A DNA stretch of 64,000 bases from an uncultured Gammaproteobacteria bacterium (GCA_963797555.1 CAWCPV010000007.1:512001-576000); one strand, 5' to 3'. Positions 43,443 to 54,876 are shown, counted from the first letter of the stretch. Made by a program: numbers and translations. Notes: a model not told the origin generated them from the letters alone.

Positions 43443-43775
43443 ATGAGCTTCTCGATATCCCAGGCGTGGGCGCAAGGCGGCGCCACGACGGCTGCACCCA
43501 ACTATCTGAGCTTCGCGCCGCTCGTCATCATCTTCGTGGTCTTCTACCTGCTCCTGATTCGCCCGCAGATGAAGCGAACCAAAGACCACAAGAAGATGGT
43601 GGAGACCCTCGCGAAGGGCGACGAGGTCGTGACCCAGGGCGGGCTGCTGGGACGCATCGTCGAGGTGGGGGAGAACTTCCTCGTCGTGGAGGTGGCCGAA
43701 GGCGTCCGGGTGAAGGTGCAGAAGCATGCCGTCGCGACCCTGATGCCGAAGGGGACTGTGAAGTCCCCGGACTGA
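43443..43775 (+). CDS. yajC: Preprotein translocase subunit YajC
   Basis: FYLLLIRPQMKR, GDEVVTQGG; synteny. Confidence 0.95.
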   Translation: MSFSISQAWAQGGATTAAPNYLSFAPLVIIFVVFYLLLIRPQMKRTKDHKKMVETLAKGDEVVTQGGLLGRIVEVGENFLVVEVAEGVRVKVQKHAVATLMPKGTVKSPD

Positions 43776-43799
43776 CGCCCGCCCCGGTCGCAGCTTCCC

Positions 43800-45653
43800 A
43801 TGAACCGTTATCCCTGGTGGAAGTACGTGCTCATCGCGGTGGTCGTCGTGGTGGGCGTCATCTACGCGCTGCCCAATCTCTACGGCGACCAGCCCGCGCT
43901 GCAGATTTCCGCGACCCGCGGGGCGCCCGTCGACGCAGCGCTCGTGACGAGGGTCGAGGGTCTCCTGAAGGGCGCAAATGTGCCCTATACGTCGGTGCGC
44001 GTAACCGGCGCCCAGATCCTGGTCAGGTTCAGCTCCACCGAGCCCCAGCTCAAAGCCCTCGACTTGGTGCGTCAGGGATTGGGGGACGACTACGTGGTGG
44101 CGCTGCATCTCGCCTCCACGACGCCCGGCTGGATGCGTGCCCTCAATGCGCAGCCGATGTATTTAGGGCTCGACCTGCGAGGCGGCGTCTATTTCCTGCT
44201 GGAAGTCGACATGCAGGCCGCCGTGCATCAGGCCGAGGAGCGGTATCTGGGCGACATACGGTCCCTGCTGCGGGAGAAGCGTATCCGCTACCAGCGCGCC
44301 GAGCTGGTTCCGGGTGGCGTAGAGGTCACGTTCGGCAATCGGGAGCAGCTCGATGCGGCACGGGAGGCGATTCATGGGGAGTACCGTGACTTGCTGCTGC
44401 GCGAGCCTTCCACGGAGGGCGGGCTCACGTTCGTGGCGGCTATAAGCGAGCGTGAGAAGACGGCCATCAAAGGGCTGGCCCTGCAGCAGAACATCACCAC
44501 GCTGCGCAACCGCGTCAACGAGCTTGGAGTCGCCGAGCCGCTCATCCAGCAGCAGGGCCAGGAGCGCATCGTGGTGCAGCTCCCGGGGGTGCAGGACACG
44601 GCACGGGCGAAGGAAATCCTGGGCGCCACCGCGACCCTGGAGTTCCGCATGGTCGACATGGAGCACGACGCGCAGCAAGCGGTCGCGGGACACGTCCCGC
44701 CAGGCTCGCGTCTCTACTACGAGCGCAATGGCCGGCCGGTGCTGCTGAAGAACCAGGTGATGTTGACGGGCGACTACATCACCGATGCGAATTCGGGGGT
44801 CGACCAGCAGACCGGCAGCCCGGCGGTGTTCATCACCCTGGACGGCCGGGGCGCTCGCATCTTCAGCGACACCACCAAGCAGAATGTGGGCAAGCTGATG
44901 GCGGTGGTCTTCATCGAGACCAAGAGCGAGACCCGAACCGTCGACGGCAAGCCGGTGAAGACGCATAAGAAGACCGAAGAGGTCATCAGCGTGGCCCGCA
45001 TCCTGCAGCCGCTCGGAAGACGCTTCCAGATCACCGGACTGGAGAGCATGAACGAGGCCCACAATCTCGCGCTGCTGCTGCGCGCCGGAGCCTTGGCCGC
45101 GCCCATGGACATCGTCGAGGAGCGCACGGTCGGTCCGAGCCTGGGCCAGGACAATATCAACCAGGGGTTTCGGTCCACCATCATCGGCTTTGTGCTGGTG
45201 CTTATTTTCATGGCCGTCCGCTATCGGGTGTTCGGGCTGGTGGCAAACTTGGCGCTTACTCTGAATCTAGTGCTGATCGTGGCCATCATGTCCATGCTCC
45301 AGGCGACCCTCACCCTGCCGGGCATCGCCGGCATCGTGCTGACTCTCGGTATGGCGGTGGATGCCAACGTGCTGATCAACGAGCGCATCCGCGAGGAGCT
45401 TGCGGCCGGCAACAGTCCCCAAGCGAGCATTCACGCCGGCTATGAGCGTGCGATGGCCACCATCGCGGACGCCAACCTCACCACCCTGATCGCCGCCGTC
45501 GTGCTATTCGGATTCGGGACGGGGCCTATCAAGGGCTTCGCCGTCACCCTGACGATCGGCATCCTGACCTCCATGTTCACCGCCATCATGGGGACCCGGG
45601 CGGTAATCAATCTGGCGTTCGGCGGCCGGCGCCTGCGCGCCCTGCCGGTCTGA
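43800..45653 (+). CDS. secD: Protein translocase subunit SecD
   Basis: LGLDLRGG, RNRVNELGVAEP, VGPSLG, GMAVDANVLINERIREE. Confidence 0.97.
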   Translation: MNRYPWWKYVLIAVVVVVGVIYALPNLYGDQPALQISATRGAPVDAALVTRVEGLLKGANVPYTSVRVTGAQILVRFSSTEPQLKALDLVRQGLGDDYVVALHLASTTPGWMRALNAQPMYLGLDLRGGVYFLLEVDMQAAVHQAEERYLGDIRSLLREKRIRYQRAELVPGGVEVTFGNREQLDAAREAIHGEYRDLLLREPSTEGGLTFVAAISEREKTAIKGLALQQNITTLRNRVNELGVAEPLIQQQGQERIVVQLPGVQDTARAKEILGATATLEFRMVDMEHDAQQAVAGHVPPGSRLYYERNGRPVLLKNQVMLTGDYITDANSGVDQQTGSPAVFITLDGRGARIFSDTTKQNVGKLMAVVFIETKSETRTVDGKPVKTHKKTEEVISVARILQPLGRRFQITGLESMNEAHNLALLLRAGALAAPMDIVEERTVGPSLGQDNINQGFRSTIIGFVLVLIFMAVRYRVFGLVANLALTLNLVLIVAIMSMLQATLTLPGIAGIVLTLGMAVDANVLINERIREELAAGNSPQASIHAGYERAMATIADANLTTLIAAVVLFGFGTGPIKGFAVTLTIGILTSMFTAIMGTRAVINLAFGGRRLRALPV

Positions 45654-45662
45654 GAAGCCATC

Positions 45663-46586
45663 ATGGCCAGGGAGTACACACAGTTTCACTTCGACTTCAT
45701 GGCGCAGCGCAAGCTCTGGCTGATGGTGTCGGCGCTGATGTTGGTCGTGTCCGTGCTGTCCGTCGCGATTCGCGGACTGAACTTGGGTATCGACTTCACG
45801 GGAGGCACGGTGATCGAGCTCGGCTACCGCGAGCCCGTCGAGCTTCACGGAGTGCGCTCGGCCCTGGAAACGGGCGGGTTGAGCGGTGCCGTTGCGCAGC
45901 ACTTCGGGACCGCCCGCGACGTGCTGGTGCGGCTGCCTCCGCGGGAGGCGACCAGCGCCAAGCTGAGCACCCAGGCCATGGACCTTCTGACGCGCGCCTC
46001 GCCCCAGAATCCACCCGAGCTTCGGCGCGTGGAGTACGTGGGTCCGCAGGTGGGCGGCGAGCTGGTGGAGGCCGGGGGGTTGTCCCTCATTTTGGTGCTG
46101 CTGGGGATCCTGATCTATATCGCTCTGCGTTTCGAATATCGCTTCGCGGTCGGGGCCGTGATCGCCACCGTGCACGACCCGGTGCTCATCGTCGGCGTGT
46201 TCTCGCTATTCCAGATTGAGTTCGACCTCACGGTGCTGGCGGCCGTCCTGGCGGTCATCGGTTACTCGGTGAACGACACCATCGTGGTCTACGACCGCAT
46301 CCGGGAGAACTTCCGCAAGATGCGCAAGGGGACCACTCTCGAGATCGTCAACGCCTCCGTCAACCAGACGCTCACGCGCAGTATCATGACCTCCGTCACC
46401 ACGATGCTGGTCGTCGTGGCCCTGTTCTTCTTCGGCGGTGAGATCATCCACGGATTCTCCCTCGCGCTCATCCTGGGCATCGTGGTCGGCACGTACTCTT
46501 CCATCTACGTGGCGAGTGCGGCCGCGGTCATGCTAGGGGTGAGCCGGGCCGATCTGATGCCGGTGAAGAAGGAGGGGGCCGGCTGA
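45663..46586 (+). CDS. secF: Protein translocase subunit SecF
   Basis: GIDFTGG, VGPQVG, GYSVNDTIVVYDRIRE, GTYSSI. Confidence 0.97.
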   Translation: MAREYTQFHFDFMAQRKLWLMVSALMLVVSVLSVAIRGLNLGIDFTGGTVIELGYREPVELHGVRSALETGGLSGAVAQHFGTARDVLVRLPPREATSAKLSTQAMDLLTRASPQNPPELRRVEYVGPQVGGELVEAGGLSLILVLLGILIYIALRFEYRFAVGAVIATVHDPVLIVGVFSLFQIEFDLTVLAAVLAVIGYSVNDTIVVYDRIRENFRKMRKGTTLEIVNASVNQTLTRSIMTSVTTMLVVVALFFFGGEIIHGFSLALILGIVVGTYSSIYVASAAAVMLGVSRADLMPVKKEGAG

Positions 46587-46665
46587 CCCGAAGGGGCTTA
46601 CCAGAGGGTGAGCTGTGCGCCGTGAAGGCGCGGGCTTTGGTCTTTGCCTTGCAAAGGCTGGCGGC

Positions 46666-47466
46666 CTAGCGCCGCAGAGCGGGCGGCAGGCAAGGCCCGA
46701 GCACCTCGAGCATCGCCTCGGCGACGGGCGGGGTGCCCGCAATGATGTTGCCCGTGGCGAGGAAATCGCCACCCCCGGCAAAGTCACTGACGAAGCCCCC
46801 GGCCTCCTGTACCAGAAGGGCGCCGGCGGCCATGTCCCACGGGCTCAGCCCGATCTCCCAGAAGCCGTCCAGGCGCCCGGCCGCCACATAGGCCAAGTCC
46901 AGGGCCGCGGAGCCTGTCCGGCGTATCCCGGAGGTCTGCGGAAACAGTGCTCGGAACGTGCACAGGTAGTCGTCGAGGTATTCCTGGCGCCGGAACGGAA
47001 ATCCCGTCCCCAGAAGGGCCGCGTCCAGGTGTTTGACCTTGCTGACGCGGAGGCGACGGTCGTTGAGGGCTGCGCCGCCCCCGCGGGAGGCGGTGAACAG
47101 CTCGTTGCGAAGGGGGTCGAAGATCACCCCGTGCTGCAGGTTTCCGCGATGGCGCAGGGCGATGGCGACGGCGAACTGGGGAAAGCCGTGCAGGAAGTTC
47201 GTGGTGCCGTCCAGAGGGTCGATGACCCACTGATACTCGTCACCGCTCTGGCTGCCGCTCTCCTCGGCCAGAATCGAATGGTCGGGATAGGCTTTGTGGA
47301 GCACGGCGATGATGGTTCGCTCGGCCAGGCGATCCACCTCGCTCACGAAGTCATGGTGGTCCTTCTCGGCTACGGCGACGCTGTCCACGCGATCGACGTA
47401 TCGCAGGATCATGTTGCCGGCGCTGCGTGCGGCGCGGACAGCCATATTCAGCATGGGGTGTTGCAT
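46666..47466 (-). CDS. suhB: Inositol monophosphatase family SuhB
   Basis: WVIDPLDGTTNFLHG, WDMAAG; divergent from trmJ. Confidence 0.95.
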   Translation of the reverse strand: MQHPMLNMAVRAARSAGNMILRYVDRVDSVAVAEKDHHDFVSEVDRLAERTIIAVLHKAYPDHSILAEESGSQSGDEYQWVIDPLDGTTNFLHGFPQFAVAIALRHRGNLQHGVIFDPLRNELFTASRGGGAALNDRRLRVSKVKHLDAALLGTGFPFRRQEYLDDYLCTFRALFPQTSGIRRTGSAALDLAYVAAGRLDGFWEIGLSPWDMAAGALLVQEAGGFVSDFAGGGDFLATGNIIAGTPPVAEAMLEVLGPCLPPALRR

Positions 47467-47741
47467 GGGGGCGATTCCGGGGATGGCCGAGCCGGCTGTG
47501 ACGTTGCGAGCGATGCCCGGCCGGTCGCGCGGGCGTTACGCTATGGGGCACGAAGGGCGAGCACTGCCGGGCTCAAACCGTGCCGCCGTTCCGGCTGGGC
47601 GGCCCGCCTGCGGCAGTCCAGGGCGAGGCGTGTCTATTATCTCCGAACGCGCTTGCCAAGTCATCGGCTGAATATGGTACCCGAGCGTGCAAGGCGGGCC
47701 TGAGCCCCATCTCGGGCTCGGTGCGTCGGTTGCTAACAGGC

Positions 47742-48531
47742 ATGTCGAGATCCAACCTCGGGCAAGGGCCCAGCGACCCCCGTCCACGTATCCGATTCGT
47801 GCTGGTGAATACGTCGCATCCGGGGAACATCGGCGCGGCGGCCCGCGCCATGAAGACCATGGGCTTGCACCAGCTCTATCTGGTCAATCCGAAGACCCCC
47901 CTGAACGCCGAGGCGACGGCCCGTGCCTCGGGTGCGGACGACGTTCCTGGCCGCCGCAACGGTTTGCGGTGAGCTGGACGAGGCGCTCGGCGACTGTGTC
48001 TTGATATGCGGCACCAGCGCACGGTCTAGGCACCTCCCGTGGCCGCAACTGGAGCCCCGTGAGGCTGCGAGGGAGGTCGCTCGGCAGGCGGGGTGTGGGG
48101 CGGTGGCGGTGGTGTTTGGCGGCGAGCACTCGGGCTTGAGCAACGCGGAGCTGGAACGGTGTCACTTCCTGGTATCCATCCCTACGGGCGAAGAGTACCG
48201 TTCTCTGAACCTCGCGGCGGCTGTCCAGGTTGTCGCCTACGAGATCCTGCTCGCGGCCAGAGCGCCCATGACGGGGGAGGGGCCGCGTGCGGACTATGCG
48301 ACAGCGGAGGACATGGAGCGGCTCTACGCCCACCTGCAGCAGACACTCGTCTCGATCGGCTTCCTGGACCCCACCAATCCGCGCCACTTGATGCGGCGCC
48401 TCAAGCGCCTGTTGGTCCGTGCGCGACCGGACAAGGTGGAGGTGAGCATCTTGCGGGGCATATTGACGGCCGCGCAACGGCTCGCGCGGCCGGCAAGAGC
48501 GCTCGGTGACAGGGGCAATGATGTTGAGTAA
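47742..48531 (+). CDS. trmJ: tRNA C32/U32 2'-O-methyltransferase (frameshift near 47946)
   Basis: [54 protein letters not shown]. Confidence 0.9.
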
Positions 48532-48544
48532 CATAGTCAGGTAT
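48520..48544 (+). promoter_or_regulatory. Putative IscR type-1 site upstream of cysE
   Basis: GATGTTGAGTAACATAGTCAGGTAT matches 20/25 positions of ATASYYGACTRWWWYAGTCRRSTAT. Confidence 0.55.
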
Positions 48545-48560
48545 GAAGTCGGAGTGAACG

Positions 48561-49367
48561 ATGTTTGACCGTCTGCGCGAAGATGTGCGCTGCGTATTCG
48601 AGCGGGATCCTTCCGCACGAACGACCTGGGAGGTACTGACCACTTATCCGGGGTTCCACGCGATACGGCTGCATCGGCTCAGCCACGCCCTGTGGAGTGC
48701 GAACTGGAAATGGCTGGCACGGTGGTTATCGGCCGTGGGCCGTTGGCTGACGGGCATCGAGATTCACCCGGCGGCGCAGATCGGACGTCGTTTCTTCGTC
48801 GATCACGGCATGGGTGTGGTGATCGGCGAAACGGCGGAGATCGGCGACGACTGCACCCTCTACCATGGGGTCACTCTGGGGGGCACGAGCTGGCAGAAGG
48901 GGAAGCGACATCCGACCCTGGGTGACAACGTGGTGGTCGGGGCGGGGGCTACGGTTCTCGGCCCCATCACGGTAGGTGACGGGGCTCGCATCGGCTCCAA
49001 CGCGGTGGTCGTCAAGGAGGTACCCGCGGGTGCGACAGTAGTCGGTGTGCCCGGCCACGTGGTGAGCGGCTTCGGCGGAGAGTTGGAGGAACGCCGCCGC
49101 GCCGTGGCCAAGAGGATGGGATTTGACGCATACGGGATGAAGCGTGACATGCCCGACCCCCTGGCGCACGCCATCAACTGCATGCTGGACCATATCCATG
49201 CCATGGACCAACGCATGGACGCGATGGCGCAGACGTTACACAGACTGGGCATCGAGGTAGATGGCGGGGACCTCCCCAGCCTGGACGCGTGCGAGATCGA
49301 CGAGGCCCACGTACCGTCGGGAACCCCTTCGGAAGAGGCCGTAAGAGCGAGGGCCTCGGGTAAATAG
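48561..49367 (+). CDS. cysE: Serine O-acetyltransferase
   Basis: [34 protein letters not shown]. Confidence 0.95.
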   Translation: MFDRLREDVRCVFERDPSARTTWEVLTTYPGFHAIRLHRLSHALWSANWKWLARWLSAVGRWLTGIEIHPAAQIGRRFFVDHGMGVVIGETAEIGDDCTLYHGVTLGGTSWQKGKRHPTLGDNVVVGAGATVLGPITVGDGARIGSNAVVVKEVPAGATVVGVPGHVVSGFGGELEERRRAVAKRMGFDAYGMKRDMPDPLAHAINCMLDHIHAMDQRMDAMAQTLHRLGIEVDGGDLPSLDACEIDEAHVPSGTPSEEAVRARASGK

Positions 49368-49397
49368 TTGAATAAAATGCTAAGGTTAAGGTATGAT
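49364..49397 (+). promoter_or_regulatory. iscR promoter with autoregulatory IscR site
   Basis: ATAGTTGAATAAAATGCTAAGGTTA (19/25 to the type-1 consensus); TTGAAT-18 bp-TATGAT. Confidence 0.6.
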
Positions 49398-49425
49398 GTC
49401 TTGCCACCAAATGAGGTGATCGATC

Positions 49426-49923
49426 ATGAAGTTGACGACGAAGGGCCGCTATGCGGTGACGGCGATGCTGGATCTTGCGCTGCACCAGGCCGAAGGCCCC
49501 ATCACGCTGGCGGACATTTCTGAGCGCCAGGGTATTTCGGTCTCCTACTTGGAACAGCTATTCGCTCGACTGCGGAAGAAGGGCTTGGTAGAGAGCACCC
49601 GCGGGCCGGGGGGAGGTTATCGGCTGAGCCGTGACGGGGGCCAGATCGCCGTCGCCAACGTCATCTCGGCCGTGGACGAAAAGGTGGATGCCACCCGCTG
49701 CGGCGGAAAGGTCAACTGCCAGGACGAGCAGCAGTGTCTGACCCATGACCTGTGGATGGATCTGAGCCATCAGATCCAGAGCTTCCTCTCCTCCATCACC
49801 CTGAGCGACCTCGTCGCGCGCCGTGGCGTCAAGGAGGTCTCTCGGCGCCAGGATCACCTGTTTCGGGGCCGTTATTCCGCGCATGGGCCGAGCCTGAAAG
49901 GGGCGCGCGTGGGGCCTGCCTGA
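49426..49923 (+). CDS. iscR: Fe-S cluster assembly regulator IscR
   Basis: [34 protein letters not shown]. Confidence 0.95.
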   Translation: MKLTTKGRYAVTAMLDLALHQAEGPITLADISERQGISVSYLEQLFARLRKKGLVESTRGPGGGYRLSRDGGQIAVANVISAVDEKVDATRCGGKVNCQDEQQCLTHDLWMDLSHQIQSFLSSITLSDLVARRGVKEVSRRQDHLFRGRYSAHGPSLKGARVGPA

Positions 49924-49935
49924 CCGCGTCAGGTC

Positions 49936-51093
49936 GTGGGAGTCTCTACTTATCTGGATCACAACGCCAGCACTCCTCTGGACCCGCGGGTGCTGGATGC
50001 CATGACGCCCTATCTGAGCGGGTGCTGGGCCAATCCTTCAAGCATACACGCCCCCGGCCGTCAAGCCCGACAGGCCATAGACCAGGCGCGGGAGCAGGTG
50101 GCGGCCCTGGTGGGCGCGCACCCTACCCGAGTCGTGTTCACCTCGGGCGGCACCGAGGCTAACAATCTAGCTCTCAAGGGATATGCTCAGGTCGTCGGCC
50201 GCGGATGCTTCGCGGTAAGCGCGGTGGAGCATGCCTCCGTGCTCGGACCTGCCCTGGCGCTGGAACATCGGGGCTGGCAGGTGGACATCCTTCCGGTGGA
50301 CGGCGAGGGACGCCTGATCCTGACGGCTCTCGTCGAGAGTCTGGATCATTGCACTGGGCTGGTGTCGGTCATGATGGCGAACAACGAGACCGGCGTTCTG
50401 CAAGAACTCCCCGCCATCAGCGATGCGGTGCGGGCCGCGGGAGGTCTGTTGCATACGGACGCCGTACAGGCCGCCGGCAAGGTGCCCGTTGATTTCCAGC
50501 GCTGCGGCGCCCATATGTTGAGCTTGTCCGCCCATAAGCTCGGAGGCCCCAAAGGGGCCGGTGCGCTCATCGTAAACAACGCGGTGGAGCTGGAGCCCAT
50601 ACTCGTCGGCGGCGGACAGGAGCGCGGCTTGCGCGGCGGCACGGAAAACGTTCCGGCGATCGTCGGATTCGGCGTGGCGGCAGAGCTGGCCGCCTCCGAG
50701 ATCGGGCAGCGTCGCGAGCAAATGCTGGCGCTGCGCCGCAAGCTGGAAGCGGAGCTTGCCGCCATGCCGGAGGTGCGGGTATTCGGGCAAGAGGCGGAGC
50801 GACTTCCCAACACGGTCATGTTCAGCCTGCCGGGTATCGCGGGTGAGACCTTGCTGATGGGTCTCGACCGTGCGGGCTTTGCGCTCGCCAGCGGCTCTGC
50901 CTGCTCCAGCCAAGGGGCAAACCCGAGCCACGTGCTTCTTGCCATGGGTGTCGATGCGGCCCTCGCCCACGGCGCGGTGCGGGTGAGCTTTGGCCCGACC
51001 AATGAGCTGCAGGACGTGGAGCGCCTTTGCCGGGAGCTGGGCGCGGCGCAGCGACCGCAGGTGGGGTCCGCCGTGGCGGCTTGGGAAGGATGA
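49936..51093 (+). CDS. iscS: Cysteine desulfurase (IscS/NifS family)
   Basis: YLDHNASTP, FTSGGTEANN, SAHKLGGPKG, SGSACSS. Confidence 0.88.
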   Translation: MGVSTYLDHNASTPLDPRVLDAMTPYLSGCWANPSSIHAPGRQARQAIDQAREQVAALVGAHPTRVVFTSGGTEANNLALKGYAQVVGRGCFAVSAVEHASVLGPALALEHRGWQVDILPVDGEGRLILTALVESLDHCTGLVSVMMANNETGVLQELPAISDAVRAAGGLLHTDAVQAAGKVPVDFQRCGAHMLSLSAHKLGGPKGAGALIVNNAVELEPILVGGGQERGLRGGTENVPAIVGFGVAAELAASEIGQRREQMLALRRKLEAELAAMPEVRVFGQEAERLPNTVMFSLPGIAGETLLMGLDRAGFALASGSACSSQGANPSHVLLAMGVDAALAHGAVRVSFGPTNELQDVERLCRELGAAQRPQVGSAVAAWEG

Positions 51094-51185
51094 GAACCTT
51101 GTGCTGCGGGTGTTCCGACGCTGGCGCGTGGGGTACTCGCGGCGCGTTGCCGTAGATATCGAGGCAGTACTCAGGAGGTTCAGCT

Positions 51186-51509
51186 ATGTCTATCACACTG
51201 ACCGAGGCGGCTGCACAGCACGTGCAGAAGTCGCTGACCAAGCGCGGAAAGGGCCAAGGACTGCGCGTCGGGGTGCGTAAGTCAGGTTGCTCGGGCCTCG
51301 CTTACGTCGTGGAGCTGGCGGACGTAGCCGCCCCGGAGGATGAGGTCTTCGAGAACCACGGCGTCCGGTTGTTCGTCGACCGCAGGAGTCTGGTCTACCT
51401 AGACGGCACGGAGCTGGACTACCGCAAGGAGGGCCTGAACGAGGGGTTTCGTTTCAACAACCCCAACGTCCGCAGTCAGTGCGGCTGCGGCGAGAGCTTC
51501 AACACCTAG
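51186..51509 (+). CDS. iscA: A-type Fe-S carrier
   Basis: [22 protein letters not shown]. Confidence 0.93.
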   Translation: MSITLTEAAAQHVQKSLTKRGKGQGLRVGVRKSGCSGLAYVVELADVAAPEDEVFENHGVRLFVDRRSLVYLDGTELDYRKEGLNEGFRFNNPNVRSQCGCGESFNT

Positions 51510-51787
51510 CACGCATCCTGTTTTCGGGATGCGCGCGGTGCATCGCCGTGCGCTACTGGCCCACCGCCCGCCCTCGCATCCCAGGCATCAGCGCTGCGCG
51601 CGTTGCTAAGCCCAGCCTCCCGGCAGCCCAGCCGTTTGCCTCCTCCGTTCATCTGGCGCTAGACTAAGTGCCGCGCGGGTCTCAGGCCAGCCTTTTGGGC
51701 CAGCCTAGCGCCCGCCGAGCCTCGTCGGGGCAAGGTGAAGGGCGACGGCGCATGCGACGGCCTACGCGGTCGCGTAGGCGAGGGTCA

Positions 51788-51979
51788 GTGGTGCCAAGAA
51801 GGGAGTTGGTGGTCATCAAGCCTGAGTCGGTGGCTAAGAAACTCGGCGCACGAGCGTTCACGGGCGTAGACTGCGGTGGCACTCGCGATGCCGCCGCCCC
51901 AGGGTGCACCCTCGACGGCGGCAGGTGGAGGTGGTTTCACGATGTCCGCCGGCTTGGCCCGTCCTGTCGGTGCGCATGA
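51788..51979 (+). pseudogene. ndk: Highly degraded nucleoside-diphosphate kinase remnant
   Basis: RELVVIKPESVAKKLG resembles Ndk RTLSIIKPDAVAKN.IG; [10 protein letters not shown] resembles GATNP..AAPGT; sits at the usual ndk position before rlmN. Confidence 0.55.
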
Positions 51980-52013
51980 TCCCGCCAGACATGGCATCGG
52001 TTCTCCAAGTCTG

Positions 52014-53129
52014 ATGCATTCTTCTCCTGCTGACATCCATTCTCGGCCCGCCAGGGTCAATCTCCTGGGATTGGACCGAGCGGCCCTAGCGGGCTTTTTC
52101 GCGCAGAACGGCGAGAAGCCGTTCCGCACCGACCAGGTCATGAAATGGGTCCACCAGTTGGGCGTCGCGGACTTCGCTGCGATGACGAATCTCAGCAAGG
52201 ACCTGCGCGTCCGCCTGCATGAGGTGGCCGAGGTGCGAGCGCCCGAACTGGTGACAGAAGATGCGGGGCAGGACGGCACGCTGAAGTGGCTGCTTCGCCT
52301 CGACGGCGGCAACTGCATCGAGACGGTGTTCATTCCGGAAGCCGGGCGCAACACCCTTTGCGTCTCATCCCAAGTGGGATGTGCCCTGGAATGCGCGTTC
52401 TGCGCCACGGGAAGCCAGGGCTTCAACCGCAACTTGACTAGCGCCGAGATCATCGGCCAGCTTTGGCTCGCACGCCGGATGCTGCGCGCGCGTGACCCGC
52501 GTCTGGGCATCAGTAACCTGGTGCTGATGGGCATGGGCGAGCCGCTGTTGAACTTCCACAACGTGGTGGCAGCATTGCGTTTGATGCTGGAAGACCTGGC
52601 CTACGGCCTGTCCTGGCGCCGCGTTACGCTGAGTACGGCTGGCGTCGTGCCGGCCATCGACCGCTTGGCGGAAGCCTGCCCGGTGAACCTCGCGGTCTCG
52701 CTTCACGCGCCCGACGACGCGCTGCGCAGCGAGCTGGTCCCATTGAACAGGAAGTATCCTTTGGGCGCGTTGCTGGATGCATGCCGCCGCTACGCAAGAC
52801 AGGATCGGCGGTGCAGGATAACGTTCGAATACGTGTTACTCGACGGAGTCAACGATTCACCCACCCAAGCGCGCTCGCTGGTCCGCCTGCTCCAGGACAT
52901 CCCCGCGAAGGTCAATTTGATTCCGTTCAACTCTTTCCCTGGAACGCGATTCCAATGCTCGGGGGCGGAGGCCATCGAGCGCTTTCGGGGGGTTCTCATG
53001 GCTGCGGGCCTGGTCACGGTCACGCGCAGGACGCGAGGTTCGGATATCGCTGCGGCATGCGGGCAACTGGCGGGCCAAGTGGCCGACCGTACCAAGCGCC
53101 GCCTCGGGCGCGGGGATCTGGTGCATTGA
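52014..53129 (+). CDS. rlmN: Dual-specificity RNA methyltransferase (radical SAM)
   Basis: [37 protein letters not shown]. Confidence 0.96.
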   Translation: MHSSPADIHSRPARVNLLGLDRAALAGFFAQNGEKPFRTDQVMKWVHQLGVADFAAMTNLSKDLRVRLHEVAEVRAPELVTEDAGQDGTLKWLLRLDGGNCIETVFIPEAGRNTLCVSSQVGCALECAFCATGSQGFNRNLTSAEIIGQLWLARRMLRARDPRLGISNLVLMGMGEPLLNFHNVVAALRLMLEDLAYGLSWRRVTLSTAGVVPAIDRLAEACPVNLAVSLHAPDDALRSELVPLNRKYPLGALLDACRRYARQDRRCRITFEYVLLDGVNDSPTQARSLVRLLQDIPAKVNLIPFNSFPGTRFQCSGAEAIERFRGVLMAAGLVTVTRRTRGSDIAAACGQLAGQVADRTKRRLGRGDLVH

Positions 53130-53890
53130 CGAGGCGGCGGTTGCTCTGCGGGCTCGCGCTGGCGGCCGCACTGGCAGGCTGCACCAACCAGCCGACACGG
53201 CCAACGTCCGGTGAGAGCCCGGGCGCGCCCTTGATCAAGCTCGGTGTGGCGTACATGGAGCGGGGGGATCAGGCGGTGGCGCTGCAGAAGCTGCAGCGCG
53301 GTCTGGAGCTGGACCCGAACCTGCCCACCGGGCACTATGCGATTGCGTTGCTCTACGAGCAGTTGGGGGAGCTGGACAAGGCGGAGAAGCATTTTCGCCG
53401 CGCCATCTCTCTGCAGCCGGATTATGCCGAGGCACACAATGCCTACGGCGCGTTCCTGTGCCGCAAGGGGCAGTTCGATGCGGCGGACAAGCAGTTCATG
53501 ATCGCTGCCCAGAACCCCCTGTACAGCACGCGAGGCCTGGCTTACGCGAACGCAGGACTGTGCGCTCTCAGGCGGCCCGACGCGGCCTCGGCGGAGAAGT
53601 ATTTCCGGGAGGCATTGCGCATCAACCCGACGCAGTCCACTGCCCTGTTTCAGATGGCCGCGCTGAGCTATGAAGCCGGTCGCTACCTCAATGCACGGGC
53701 GTACCTGCAGCGCTACCAGGAGGTCGGGCCGCAGACCCCTGAGACGCTGTGGCTCGGTGTGCGCACGGAGCGTCAGTTGGGCGACGGGAAGGCAGCGGCG
53801 GGTTACGCGCTCCTCCTGCGGGAGCGATACCCGGACTCCGAGCAGGCGCAGCAGCTCCAAGCGATCGACAAGGGAGGAGCGGAGCAGTGA
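53126..53890 (+). CDS. pilW: Type IV pilus biogenesis TPR lipoprotein PilW/PilF
   Basis: LAGC lipobox, TPRs, [13 protein letters not shown]; synteny rlmN-pilW-rodZ. Confidence 0.9.
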   Translation: MTRRRLLCGLALAAALAGCTNQPTRPTSGESPGAPLIKLGVAYMERGDQAVALQKLQRGLELDPNLPTGHYAIALLYEQLGELDKAEKHFRRAISLQPDYAEAHNAYGAFLCRKGQFDAADKQFMIAAQNPLYSTRGLAYANAGLCALRRPDAASAEKYFREALRINPTQSTALFQMAALSYEAGRYLNARAYLQRYQEVGPQTPETLWLGVRTERQLGDGKAAAGYALLLRERYPDSEQAQQLQAIDKGGAEQ

Positions 53891-54876
53891 GCGAGGGCGA
53901 GATTCTCGAGCAAATCCTTGATCCGGCCATGGCCGAAGTGGGTAGCCCTGGACGGCGGCTGAGGGAGGCGCGCGAGGCCTACCGCTGGACCCGGGAGGAC
54001 GTGGCTTCTCAGCTACGCTTACCGGCCGCCGTCATCGGGGCGCTGGAGCGTGACGATTACAAGAGTCTGCCGCCGCCAGCCTACGTGCGCGGTTATCTGC
54101 GCAGCTATGCCCGTCTCCTGGACCTGCCGGAGGCGATGGTGAGCGAAGCTTACCAGAGCCTTCAGATCGTGGTTCCAGGTCGGGAGCCGGCGAGTCTGAG
54201 GACTGGCCGCCAAGCCACTAGCCGGGATCGGCGGGTGCGCTGGTTCACTTACCTGCTCACGGTCGTCCTCATCGCGCTACCGGTCATCTGGTGGCAGACG
54301 CAGGGCTCGTTCCGGTTCTGGGAGACCTCGCCGGCTGACGCCGGTCCGGCCCTGCCGAACCCGCTGGTACCGACGGAAGAGCCTCGGGCGGCGACAACTT
54401 CGCAGACTCCCCAACCCGATACGGCCTCCAGCACTGCAGTCCCCGAAGACACTGCCCCAACCGTGGACGAGAACGAGCTGGCGGCGGTGGAGACCGCGGA
54501 GCTTGCGACGGACCACGAAGTGAGTGGCGAGGCTGCCTCCGCGGCGCAGCCGGGGCCCGCTCACCCCGCACCCGCCAAGCCGCGAGCGGCCGCCGTGACG
54601 AGCTCGGCAACTGCGCCAACGGTGCAGCTCGACGTGTTGACGCTGCGTGCTCGATCCGGGTCCTGGGTGTCTGTCCGCGACGCCGACGGAAAGAGGCTTA
54701 TGTACCGAGTGATCTCCCGCGGCGGCGTCAAGACTTTGAAGGGAAGAGCGCCATTCCAGGTGGTGCTGGGTAACCCGCATGACGTGTCGGTCGATTACAA
54801 CGGCAAGCCGGTGGATTTACAGCGCTATGCCCGCGAGGGGGTGACGCGCTTCGAGGTCGGGTCCGGCCACGAGTAG
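53887..54876 (+). CDS. rodZ: Cytoskeleton protein RodZ
   Basis: PGRRLREARE HTH, YVRGYLRSYA, TM, C-terminal SWVSVRDADG..VLGN. Confidence 0.9.
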   Translation: MSEGEILEQILDPAMAEVGSPGRRLREAREAYRWTREDVASQLRLPAAVIGALERDDYKSLPPPAYVRGYLRSYARLLDLPEAMVSEAYQSLQIVVPGREPASLRTGRQATSRDRRVRWFTYLLTVVLIALPVIWWQTQGSFRFWETSPADAGPALPNPLVPTEEPRAATTSQTPQPDTASSTAVPEDTAPTVDENELAAVETAELATDHEVSGEAASAAQPGPAHPAPAKPRAAAVTSSATAPTVQLDVLTLRARSGSWVSVRDADGKRLMYRVISRGGVKTLKGRAPFQVVLGNPHDVSVDYNGKPVDLQRYAREGVTRFEVGSGHE

